A stretch of DNA of 64,000 nucleotides from a virus. Below the pieces are notes generated by a model, which worked only from the letters and a program-made list of their open reading frames with translations, was not told the DNA's origin and made no database searches. This document shows, piece by piece, positions 17,986 through 28,800 of the stretch. A program made the translations under genes and the position numbers. Each line of letters begins with the position of its first letter. The first letter of the stretch is position 1. Location: positions 1 to 64,000 of IMG/VR virus record IMGVR_UViG_3300044640_000597. One strand, written 5' to 3'.

Positions 17986-18113
17986 CAACAGAAAGAATTA
18001 AGGAAATCCAAAAAGAAACAGCCTACCCAAATAGTATAAGTGTTCAACAGGCTTTATTGAAAGTGTGGAATGAGTGTGAACAGGAATACAAATACAAAGG
18101 AGGTGACAAATGA
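17982..18113 (+). CDS. 43-aa hypothetical protein (not in ORF track)
   Basis: MTTERIKEIQKETAYPNSISVQQALLKVWNECEQEYKYKGGDK; ATGA-coupled at both ends. Confidence 0.75.
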   Translation: MTTERIKEIQKETAYPNSISVQQALLKVWNECEQEYKYKGGDK

Positions 18114-18328
18114 AAGAACCAAGTAACTTATTAGCATCAGTAATCATGGATCTGAAGATCCGTGAAGAAAGAGGATTAGCAACATACGGTACAACTATGG
18201 ATAGGAAGGACCTATCTAAACAAGAGTGGCTACAACATGCCTATGAAGAAGCTCTTGACTTAGCTCTGTACTTAAAGAAGTTAATGGAGGAGAATGATAA
18301 GCTCAAAATGAAAGAGCAAGAGCAATAA
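18110..18328 (+). CDS. Small all-alpha protein, possibly a MazG-like NTP pyrophosphohydrolase
   Basis: RGLATYGTT...WLQHAYEEALDLALY with EExxD acidic motif. Confidence 0.6.
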   Translation: MKEPSNLLASVIMDLKIREERGLATYGTTMDRKDLSKQEWLQHAYEEALDLALYLKKLMEENDKLKMKEQEQ

Positions 18329-18329
18329 G

Positions 18330-18352
18330 AAAGGGGCGAAAGCCCCTTTTTT
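18330..18352. terminator. Bidirectional intrinsic terminator between convergent modules
   Basis: AAAGGGGC-GAAA-GCCCCTTT-TTT at the +/- strand junction. Confidence 0.88.
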
Positions 18353-18361
18353 AAAGCCTTG

Positions 18362-21300
18362 TTATACAGTTCCTGGAGGAGCAATAAAGAACTTGAGTGC
18401 ATCCTCAGGATTAGTTGTCTTGTCAATACCTCTGAGGATTGGAGCTATGTCCCTAACTAATTTAGTTAGTTTCAAATCTCCTTTCTCATATGCTCCAGTT
18501 TTTCTTTCATAGTATATTCCATCTTCATCTCTGAATCCTATTCTGTATGGCAGCTCTTTGGTGAATAGGTGGTTAACCAATTCAAGTGAGTTGATTACAG
18601 GTTTTGACAGAGCTGTAGGTGATGCAGCAAATCTGTAGAATTCCATAGGGTTATAGAACTGGCTTAATTCTGACTTTATTCGAAGAGCCTGATAAGCTGC
18701 AAATGCTGCTGCATAATCATCATCGTCATCGTCCTCCATCATTCCAGCAAGTATTCCCCCAATAGCCGTCATGGTTACAAGCATTCCTAATTCCACAAAT
18801 GTTCTTTTAGCATTTGCTTTTTCCATTGGAGTAAGTACTTGGAATGTGCTTCCAAACTTTAGTCCTGACTTTACTGACTCCGTAGTATATCTTAAGAAGC
18901 TAGTATACATACCTTCTGAGATCCCCTCAACTTCACTGTCTATGTGTATACCATCTCCATATCCAAACCTACGTCTTAAACCTGGTTGGAAATATCTACG
19001 GTACATCAATAGAGCTTTACCATACCATCTTCTATTAATGATTGGATCATCTATAGCAGTCTTAATCTGGTTAGTCTTCTTATACAATCCAGATATTTTG
19101 TTAATCATCTGGATAGGCTTGAAGTTAGCTACCCTAGGATCAATCTTCCATTTCCCTTTATCATCCTTATTAAATACATCATAAAGGTTAGCTTCAGATC
19201 CATCTGCATTTTTGATTACCTCTCCGTTCTTATCTTTAAGCTTGCCCTTATATGTATCAGCAATAGCTAAGCCCCTGGTTACAGCTGTCTCGTGTTCAGC
19301 CATATGCTGCAAGAAGAATAAGCTTTGTGTATCAGCTGCTTTAACAACTCTATTCCCTGTACGTTTATCAGCAAATGACCCAAGCTCGGTACCCAAGAGA
19401 TCAAACTCTTGAATAAACCTTGATAGCTTAGTATCGTTATTATACTTACCTGCATCTGATATACTCTCACCAGACATCAAAGCTTTTGTGTATGCCCCTT
19501 TAGCCCATGAAAGATTCTTAGTGTTGAAGTATTGTCCAGCTACTGCTTCTTCTGCAAGCTTCTCATTATCTATTAAGAACTGGTTAGTAGCTTGAAGAGC
19601 ATTCAATGCAAGAGTATTAAGAGCTGAGAATGTGGCAAGCTTATTTACAATTTTGTTTGCACTAAGAACTCTTCCAAGTACTTCAAATTCTTCTTTTATC
19701 TCCCTCTCCCCAAAGAATTCCTTGTCTATAAATTCTGATAGATGTTGGAATGAGTTAGACGTCCCAGCTTTTCTAGTAGGTCTGTTTACCCCTTGTATTT
19801 TAGCAGCTGCAGATAGAACAGGATTACCATGTACGTTCTCTTCAAGAACTTCTCTTTGTTCTACAAGGTCTCTCATCATAATTACAGAGCCTAATATCTC
19901 AGATTTTCTTCTGAATGTATTAGCCATGCCTGCAAATAAAACTATTGTAGATCCTATGTCTCTACTTACAAATCTTGCATCAGTAGGAGTAATAAAAAAT
20001 ATTGGGACAAGCTTATTACGTTGCTCTCTGTTAGCATTGATTACTGCCCCATAAGAATCATCTGTAGATAAGAAACTAAACTCTCTTTGTACAAAATCTT
20101 TTGAGGACTTAAATACATTATAGTTATCAGACTGTAGTTTCTCTAATCCTTGTGCTTCATTCGATGGTAGGACGTATGATAAAGTATCCCAATCATTCTT
20201 ATGTGGGATCTGTGAACCACAAAACTTTTGATGGTCATGAAACACTTTAAGAAAAGCATTGTAGTATTTAGCAGCAGGAGAGTTGGGATTAGCCATCAAA
20301 GCATCATACTTTGGATTAGCATATTTAGAGTTAGGTCTAACTGCTACTCCCTTGTACTGTTGATTCTTGGCATCATACATTCTAGACTTCTGTTGTAGAA
20401 GGTCCAACCTATGGGCCTCATAACTAGCTAGCAGATCAGGGCTTGATGCTGCATTTTTAATTTTAGTATTAAGATCCTTAATTCTTTTATCAAGACTTGC
20501 TACAGCTTTTAATCCCTCCTCTGTTACAACTGTATTAGCTCTATACCATGCAGCTACTTCTGTAAAGAACTTAGCCCCATCATTACTTTTAGCCCAGTCC
20601 TTATACTCAGTAGTACCGTACTCAGGTTGTTTATACTTAGCTTTCAGATCTTTTTTCATCTGGTACTCAGCATCGTGATACTTAGTCACGTTGTAAGGCT
20701 GTATAAAAGAAAGCAACTCCATAGGCTTTCTTCTTCCAGTCTTCTCATCCCTGATATAGTAGGTATAAGTTTCTAGGACCTCGTCATTAAATGTAGTTGG
20801 ATTTACGTCAGCTCCTTTGTATTCAGCATACTCTCTGTATGCTGGGGCAAGTTCATCAACTACGTCTCTTGTGTCTGATGCAGCTTGGTAAAGTTTGTTC
20901 TTAACTAAAGAAGTAAACAATTGCAAGGATACCTGTGACGAATAGATCAAAGGATCCATGAACATAGAGTACTTACTCTTATCTAACTGTGCATCTCTTA
21001 ATTCTTTAATTAAAGTCTCACGTATAATTTTCTTATTCTGCAGTTGGGATACATTGAGATCAAGGAGACCTTGCTCATACTCGTCTTGAGTAATCTTCTT
21101 ATCCTTTAGATCTGCCTTAAGTTTATAGTATGTATCGTCTTTCTTCAGAGCTATAAGTCTTCTGTTTGTCTTGACGTTATCTATAACTCCCTGCACCTCA
21201 TCATTGATATCTTCATTGTAATATCCAAGAAGCAAATCTACTTGCAGTTCAAGTCCTACTTCTTTGTAGTACTTAGACTGTCTCCCAAGTTTCTTAAGTA

Positions 21301-22789
21301 GATCATCTACTTTTGCCTCCATAGTAGACAGCTTTGTCTCCTGGGCATTGGTAAGTCTTGATGATTCTTTCTTGTCTAAAATTACATCTTGTAGTTTAGC
21401 AGCAATACTATTCTCTCCACCACCAAAGAAATCTTGAATGTTATTCCCAATGTGGTGCAAGCTATTCATCAACTTGAATCTTTCCGACTCATCCATGTTT
21501 TTCAATGTCTGATCAGAAAACTTCAAGATATAATCAATACTTTCTTGATTGAGTTTAACTATCCTTCCCATGTAGTCTACAAAGCCCATAAAGTCTTCTA
21601 CCTTGGATACCTTCTCAAAGGCAGCAAGTTGAGCTTTAATCTGAACCATTATCTCATCACTCTTTACTGGGAGTGACTCAAGTCTCATTAACTGAGCTCT
21701 AAGAGTTTCAGATGTCTTACCTATTAGGTCTTTAAGGTCTTCTACTTTTTTATCAAGAACTTTACTATCGTATTCCTCATCTGTCAATACCCCTGTAAAT
21801 TCTCCAGTGTTTAGTCTTTTACTGAATAGCTTATCCAGAAGAGATTCTACTGCATCGTCTGTTATTCCGAAGAAATTCTTTATGGCTCGTATAAACTTAT
21901 TGACTGCAGTTTGGATCTTTGACTTACCCTTCTGTCTTTTAGCACCTGCTATCCCCATAGCTGTTATGAGTGTCTCTTTAAGTAATGCTTGAGGATTCAT
22001 GTCCTCTCCATACTTAAGTGCTACTTGTTCATACAGGTCAGTGTCCTTAACCATATTCATGGCTTGCTTAACCAAAGGGTTATCCTCACCAAGCAAGTCT
22101 ATAAGGATATGACTGAATTCATGGATGTGGGTATCCTCAGTCATAAGCAATGGGTTGAGGATTATAGTAGCTGTGTTGTCACTTTTAGTTATAGCCCTCC
22201 CTTTAGAGGTAATGGTATCATCATACTCAACATTAATTATAATACCAGCCGCAGCAAATGTGTCTGAAAGGTGTTTAACCTGTTCTGATATACCAGGTAC
22301 AGATACAAATGGAACATTCTTTCTTTCTACTGGCTTGTATAAAATAGGCTCTTCTACTGCAACCCTTGCTACAGGCATGCTTTTGAAAGCATCTTTGATA
22401 TCAGCATCTGATACTCTTTGTATATACACCTCCTTAGCAGAAGTCTGTATTGGGGAAAAGAAGTTGTCATTGATAGTAAGTCTGAACGTGTTGTTCCCTA
22501 CTCTTTTAGCTGTAAGGAACTTGTCAGCCACACCATTAGGCTTGAAGTATCTTGCAATTGTATTGTTTAGAGTATTTATAATATGCTTAGGGTCTTTTAA
22601 ATTACCCTTAGTTATAAGTTCTCCTTGACTGTCCACTGTAAAGTGTTCAGGGAAACCATCAAGCAGGTTATACTTCAAAGCTTTTTCTTTCTTTGGGGTA
22701 TCCTGTTCCAGAGTATCAAAAAGCATTTGATATCTTAGTGATGCTTCTGGATGATTATCGTCTGTAAATTCAAATACTCTACAAGCCAT
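18362..22789 (-). CDS. Large virion cargo/ejection protein with zincin-like HExxH domain
   Basis: 1475 aa; HEFSH (22109-22123); hydrophobic segment near the C-terminus; follows the RNAP as in crAss-like phages. Confidence 0.8.
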   Translation of the reverse strand: MACRVFEFTDDNHPEASLRYQMLFDTLEQDTPKKEKALKYNLLDGFPEHFTVDSQGELITKGNLKDPKHIINTLNNTIARYFKPNGVADKFLTAKRVGNNTFRLTINDNFFSPIQTSAKEVYIQRVSDADIKDAFKSMPVARVAVEEPILYKPVERKNVPFVSVPGISEQVKHLSDTFAAAGIIINVEYDDTITSKGRAITKSDNTATIILNPLLMTEDTHIHEFSHILIDLLGEDNPLVKQAMNMVKDTDLYEQVALKYGEDMNPQALLKETLITAMGIAGAKRQKGKSKIQTAVNKFIRAIKNFFGITDDAVESLLDKLFSKRLNTGEFTGVLTDEEYDSKVLDKKVEDLKDLIGKTSETLRAQLMRLESLPVKSDEIMVQIKAQLAAFEKVSKVEDFMGFVDYMGRIVKLNQESIDYILKFSDQTLKNMDESERFKLMNSLHHIGNNIQDFFGGGENSIAAKLQDVILDKKESSRLTNAQETKLSTMEAKVDDLLKKLGRQSKYYKEVGLELQVDLLLGYYNEDINDEVQGVIDNVKTNRRLIALKKDDTYYKLKADLKDKKITQDEYEQGLLDLNVSQLQNKKIIRETLIKELRDAQLDKSKYSMFMDPLIYSSQVSLQLFTSLVKNKLYQAASDTRDVVDELAPAYREYAEYKGADVNPTTFNDEVLETYTYYIRDEKTGRRKPMELLSFIQPYNVTKYHDAEYQMKKDLKAKYKQPEYGTTEYKDWAKSNDGAKFFTEVAAWYRANTVVTEEGLKAVASLDKRIKDLNTKIKNAASSPDLLASYEAHRLDLLQQKSRMYDAKNQQYKGVAVRPNSKYANPKYDALMANPNSPAAKYYNAFLKVFHDHQKFCGSQIPHKNDWDTLSYVLPSNEAQGLEKLQSDNYNVFKSSKDFVQREFSFLSTDDSYGAVINANREQRNKLVPIFFITPTDARFVSRDIGSTIVLFAGMANTFRRKSEILGSVIMMRDLVEQREVLEENVHGNPVLSAAAKIQGVNRPTRKAGTSNSFQHLSEFIDKEFFGEREIKEEFEVLGRVLSANKIVNKLATFSALNTLALNALQATNQFLIDNEKLAEEAVAGQYFNTKNLSWAKGAYTKALMSGESISDAGKYNNDTKLSRFIQEFDLLGTELGSFADKRTGNRVVKAADTQSLFFLQHMAEHETAVTRGLAIADTYKGKLKDKNGEVIKNADGSEANLYDVFNKDDKGKWKIDPRVANFKPIQMINKISGLYKKTNQIKTAIDDPIINRRWYGKALLMYRRYFQPGLRRRFGYGDGIHIDSEVEGISEGMYTSFLRYTTESVKSGLKFGSTFQVLTPMEKANAKRTFVELGMLVTMTAIGGILAGMMEDDDDDDYAAAFAAYQALRIKSELSQFYNPMEFYRFAASPTALSKPVINSLELVNHLFTKELPYRIGFRDEDGIYYERKTGAYEKGDLKLTKLVRDIAPILRGIDKTTNPEDALKFFIAPPGTV

Positions 22790-22800
22790 TGATTTCTATT

Positions 22801-25800
22801 TTATAACATACAAATTTGTGTAACATCTGATTGGGCAACCTTCGTAGAAGTTGCATCGTAATAAGCTTGAAGCATGCTCATTATGTTATTAGCATTCTCA
22901 GTACTATCCCCAAATGTTCTCTTGTTTAACCAGTCTCCCCCAACGATATGCTTCTTATTGTTAGTGGTTCCGAACATGCTCAAATATACGGTTTTATCCG
23001 TAGTCTCTGTAGGGTTAGCTTTAACATAAACACCAGACTCCCCTTTTGAAGTTCGGAATACCATTACACCAGGAGCTTCTTGATTACCCCCGAACTTCTT
23101 ATTAGATATTTTGTGTACCTTTTCTAGTTTAGTATACTCTGGTCCGAGTGAGTGTCTTTGGAGAAGGTTTCTTCCTCCTGGACGAATCTCTCCATACACT
23201 CTAAAGAATCTAGCTAAGTCCTCAGCATCAAAGTATTTACCTGTCTGCATCTTAGCAGACTCTCCGTGCATGTAATCAGCTACACTTATTGGCTTCAAAG
23301 TCTTACCAGTTATAGCTGTGTTTACTTCTCTGCTCATAGGGTTAAGCCAGAACTGAGGAGGGATCATAGACACATAGTTAAATGCAGACTTTCTAAATCC
23401 ATTAGAGATCAAAGCATGCATGCATAAGTCGAATCCTATCTGTCTAATCTTTTCTACATTCTTCTTATACTCCTCCAGATTGTCTGTCTTCTTTACATAA
23501 GCCTCTGGTTTGTATAGAAGGTTATGTAAGTCATCTTGAATTCTAGACTTTTCCTCTCTTGAGAACTGTTGAGTAGCATCGAAGTTAAAAGTCTTGAAGT
23601 TTTTAAACTTACTGTTATTCTCATCTTCAGTAAGCTTCATCAAGAACTCGTTACCTGTTAGGTTACCAAACTTTGATGCAGCCTCTTCAATCCTTTTCCA
23701 CAATGTAAGAGCAGGTTTACCCTTCTTAGTCTTTGGATCTATAGTAGCAGGATCTATATAACCTGGCTTGTACAATCTCTCACTGTACTCTACATTCATG
23801 TACTGTGCTATAGGAGATTCTTCTTTAGTTAGGATAGTAAACATGATAGCAGCATTTACGTCTCTGTGATGATCCGTAGTCATAGCATCAAGACTAGCAG
23901 CTGTTCTGATTGCTTCTTTAAACTTAAGAGAAGACTCAGATGTAGTCATAGGGAATAGAACACTGGATACCCCAGCCATCTCACTTAGCAGATTGTCATA
24001 TCCTCTTTCAAATCCATAAATAGAATTCTCATCAAAGAATTGAGTAAGTACGTTCTCATCTTTACCTCTTCCGTAGAATGCTATCGGGGCATTGTTTAAT
24101 TTACCACCTTTTGGATTGTCAAACTTTTTCTTCTTTCCCATATGCTCCTGAATTGCTTCAAGTCGGTTGATACCAGAGGTTGTATCTGGAGAGATAAGTC
24201 TGAATGCTTCTTTGAGTTGGCTACCTGCAGTGTACATCTTAAGGAAGTTTTGCAAAGCTCTTTCTTTATTGACAGTTAATGTCATTATAGATTGACGAGT
24301 CATTGCAGTTGTTTCAGAAATGTTCTTGTAGTTAGTAGGAAGGTCTTCACTACCCAATGTAATTCCGTTCTTATCAGCTACTTCTTTATAAGCTTCATTA
24401 ATCTTAGACAGGTCATCATTGAACTTGATAGCCATTGTATCTACAAAGTCTCTGATGATAGGCTGATTAAGGAAGTGATGTAGAAGCTCTGTATCCCCAT
24501 AGTATTGTATCCACAAAAGTTCTACAGGGAAAGTAACTGCATTATCATTTACTATATAATGGTACGGAGCTTTAGTAGCATCCACAGCTGCGTTAAGATA
24601 ACGAGACATTATTTTATCTGTAGGTTCTCCAGCATCATATGCGAATCCACTAGATGCAGGAATTATTTCTTGCATCTTAGTGTTAATCATCTCCCCTGCA
24701 ATCTTAACTGCAAACTCAGATTTAAGATTAAAGTTATCAGATACAGTAGCAATGTTTCTTCCAGCAAGTGCATTTGCCCATAGACCTCTCATCTTGTTTC
24801 CAAGCATGTTTCTAACAGCACTGGTAGTTTCATACATACCACCTGTAAACACTTTGCTTGGGGCCAACTCTCTATTCAATTCAATTATAGAAGTTCTTAT
24901 ATTTTTAAGTACTTCGTTATCCAAAGGTCTAAGTGTTTCTAAGTAATGCTCAGGAGAAGAGAACACAGCCTCGATTGTATCAAGTACAATATTGGTCAAC
25001 TCCTTATCAGATATCTTAGATACATCTTTAGTTTTAGCAAGAGTTTTATAATCAGGTCTTACTTTAGTACCATCCTCGTTTAGCTCAGGGAATAACAGGA
25101 ACATTTTATCTACGTCAAAGTCAGATCCCATAAGCTTTACAAGCTGTGGGGGAACTACTATTGCCTTTTCGTATCCAGCAGGAAGTACAGATTTAATCTT
25201 GAAGATAATGGTAGATGCTTTATCCTGGTTAGGGATACGGTAACCAATGATTCTTCTGAGTTCTTCTGGGATGTTATTAGCATCTAAGTCTGCACCTGGT
25301 TCGATTCCAAACTTTCTAAGTACATCCTCTCTGATCATGATCTCAGCATGAGCTAGTCTAGTACCTCTCCTTTTATTTGTAGGATGGTCCACAACCTCAA
25401 GGAATTTCAAAGAACGATCTACTTCGAATCCACCTAGAGCTGCAGTTTGTACAGCTTCGTACCCTGGTACATATTGTTTAAATACTCTGTTGTTATATAC
25501 ACTAAGCAATGCACTTTGGAAAGCAGTACCGTATACAGGGAAGTCCATTGGTATTGCGAACCTAGCAATACCAGTAACAGGATCAATAGTTATATCAAGA
25601 GCCTTAATGAAGTTATCACTTAACTCTCTTTCTATAGCCTGCTCCTCAATTAGGTTTCTGATATTCTTAAGTAGTCTGGCTTTTGCTTCTTTAAATTCTT
25701 GAGCACCTTTTATAGAGTCAACATTTGGTTTCTCAGACTTAAGTTTGTTTACTACCTTTCTGAATTCTGACAATCCAATCTCATTATTTACACTCTCGAG

Positions 25801-28800
25801 GTCTCTTCTGAGTCTCTCTTCGATAGCAGCATGGTAAAGAGCAGTCATGTCTGCCCCAGGAATAGCCGTCTCTCCAGCTATACCTGCATTATAGTAGTAT
25901 AATTCAGTAGACTTTACGTTAGCAATAGCATTCTTTTTAATCTGTCTTCCTAATATAGTCTCTGAATATTCTTTTGCTGCTGGAACAGTCTGTGGGAAAC
26001 CGAGAGCTGATGTAGAGTTTCTATTGATTTTTACATTTCTAAAGAAGCCTCCTTGAATACGAGACCACCCTTTCATATTAAATACATTTAACTGGACACC
26101 CTTCTTAGCAGATACGGCACTAGCTGTGTGTATCTTTTTCATTCCTGCATAAGGATTGTTTGCTTCATTAGGGTTGGCTTCCATCCTCATCCTCATATCA
26201 TCCATTACAGGGAATGCTTTAGTATACGACTTAAGCAATGGGAAGTAAGCTGTCTTAGTAAGGTCTACAGCAACAGTTCCTCCTATAGATTTAACTTCTT
26301 GTCCAAATGGTTTATAAGGTCTGATAGGGATATCCTGTCCAACCTTTGCTCCTCTTGGAAGATCTTTTACACCAGCAGGATATACAAACTTTCCTTCTGG
26401 ATCGTTTTTATAATTATTGTATGCTACCTCATGGTATTGAAACCATTCTCCTTCTCCCTGCATGATTTCCCTAAGCCAATCGATGGATATCAAAGTCAAA
26501 CCATCGTGCTCTTCAAAGCTACCTGCTTTGTACTCATCAGTGAATGCTGCTTCAGCTGCTGTGTATCCTGACTTAAGCAACATTTCTTTTGTACGATTGG
26601 CCCAATTGTTCATCTCTGTTGCTATGGCTGCAGTAACCTGACCCATAGGATCATCGAATACCATCTCGTTATATTCAGAGATAGCTCCATAACGCTCATC
26701 CATCCAAGGCACATAATTCCCTAATCCATCCTTTTTAGCTAGTGTGTTCTTTTCAGCAAGCTTAGTACGAGGAGTAGTCAGAAGTCTTTGACGTTTAGTA
26801 AAATCTTCAATGTTTTTAAACAAAGCTCTGTTACCTCTAGTCAGTTTAATGATTTCATTTCTCCCTAAGTCTTCATGTATAAGGAAGTCTTTAAGCAAAG
26901 GAATCATAGCCTGTACAAAAGGAGAGTTGCCTTGCTCGTCTTTCTTTCTTTTAGACAAATCTACCCCTGCGATATCAGCCCACTTCTTAAGCAGTTTAGA
27001 ATTTACATCATTCTTTCTGTCTGCCTCTTCTATTGTAGCAGCCATCTGCTTAGCTTGACCAGTGTAAAATAAAGACAGCCCACTAATCATTTCTGTAAGT
27101 TCATTTCTAAACTGCTGCAGCTCTTGAGATAATGGAAGATTGCTTTTTGTTTTTCTAATAAACTCTTCTGCAAGGTCAGACATTCTCATAACCCCTATAC
27201 TAGAGTTAATAGCTCTGTCTGTTACAATTCTGTTCCCTAGTTCATCTATACCATCAAACTGCATGAACTCATCACTTAGGCCTCTCATCTGACCAGTATG
27301 GTAATCTGGGATAAGAGTAACATTAGGATCTTCTTTAGATGCAGCTATTGTAGCCCTAGCTTGTTTGATTCTTAAAAGGTCTTGTAGGATTGCATCTCTA
27401 AATACATCACTAACACCGTTCTTCTTATTGAACTTAGTATCAAAGTGACCTTTAATCCTAGGCATAAGCATCATATCAAAACGAGCTCTATCTGCCTGAG
27501 CAGGTACAGCTACGTAATAATATTTCTCATTAAAGTTATTATTGTAGATCTCAAGTCTTGTTAGTACAGAGTCTACATTATTGAAGTCTTCATAATCCAA
27601 AGCATCATCTCCGTAGTCTCTGATACCTGCCAGTGGGGATGTCTTAAAGTCCCTTAGGAATTCTTCATTCTGTGTAAGATGGAAGAACAGATGACTAGGC
27701 ATCATGTCAGGTGGGAAGATAAACTTATCCTTTCTGTACAGAGGTAATGCCTGCTCTTTGTTTGCAGTTACATCCTTTCTAATTTGGAAAGGAAGTTCAG
27801 AAAGAGTTGTAGCCATATTAACAGGATACATTGCTGACCCTGTAGGAGTTACAAAGCTTTCAGCTACTCTGCTAGTAAACAATGGAGCTAAGCCTGCAAG
27901 GAACTTCATACCTTGCTTTTCTGTGTTGAAGTATAAAACTGGTTTTTCTTTTTTACTTTCTATACCTACCCCTTCTCTGCTAGTACTTACATTTGCTATA
28001 GCTTCAACCATTTTAGATAACCTAGCTCTTTCAAAGATTGCATCAAAAGCTTCTTTTCCTATAACAGTATGGTTTTTTACTTTACCAGCTTCGGTCTTAC
28101 TTATCTTGAAACCTTTGTTGATCAGATTCTGGACATTAATTATAGTGTCCATTTGATTCACATTGCTACCAAAGTTAAACCCTAGCTCCCATATGAGACT
28201 CCCTAATGCCCATGCAGGAGAATCTATGACAGGTTCTTTATTAAAGAACTCTGCATTTGGATCTTCATTAGGTTTAAACTGCATCCTATTGAAGCCGTAG
28301 GCTTTTTTAAAAGCCTCTTTAATTTTATTAAACTTAGCAGTCTTAACAACAAAGCCTGAAGCTTCGTCATCTTCTTCTGATAGTGTCTTTGCAAATACAG
28401 CTCTACTTGATCCTTCCTCTCCTTCTTCCTGACCATTGATTTCAACCATCTGCCCAGTCCACTGTTTAACAGCTTTCTGTTCAGTTGTAGAACTATTAGC
28501 ATTAAGTACCTTACCCTGACTCCCCAGAATTGCCATGTTAAACTCTGCTAGAGTTTGAGCAAATGTTTTATACAACAAGGCTCTCTCATTACCAGGCATA
28601 CTCATTATACGTTGGTTAATGGAAGAGTAGTCTGGTCTATACTTAGAAGCCTCTATAAGCTTCTCTTCCATCTCCTGAAAAGAACCTACGTCTGCCCATA
28701 ACTCTGAGAGTTGTTTGTAGACATACCTTAAAGACCAGTACTCTGTCTGATCAGTAAAAATGTCATTAGTTACTTGCTTGTATATTATTTTTTTATTGGC

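Larger units (their letters stand above)
17396..18113 (+). repeat. Three copies of the 15-bp junction GGAGGTGAC(A/G)AATGA
   Basis: 17396-17410, 17971-17985, 18099-18113; each is an SD-like site plus an ATGA stop/start overlap. Confidence 0.85.
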
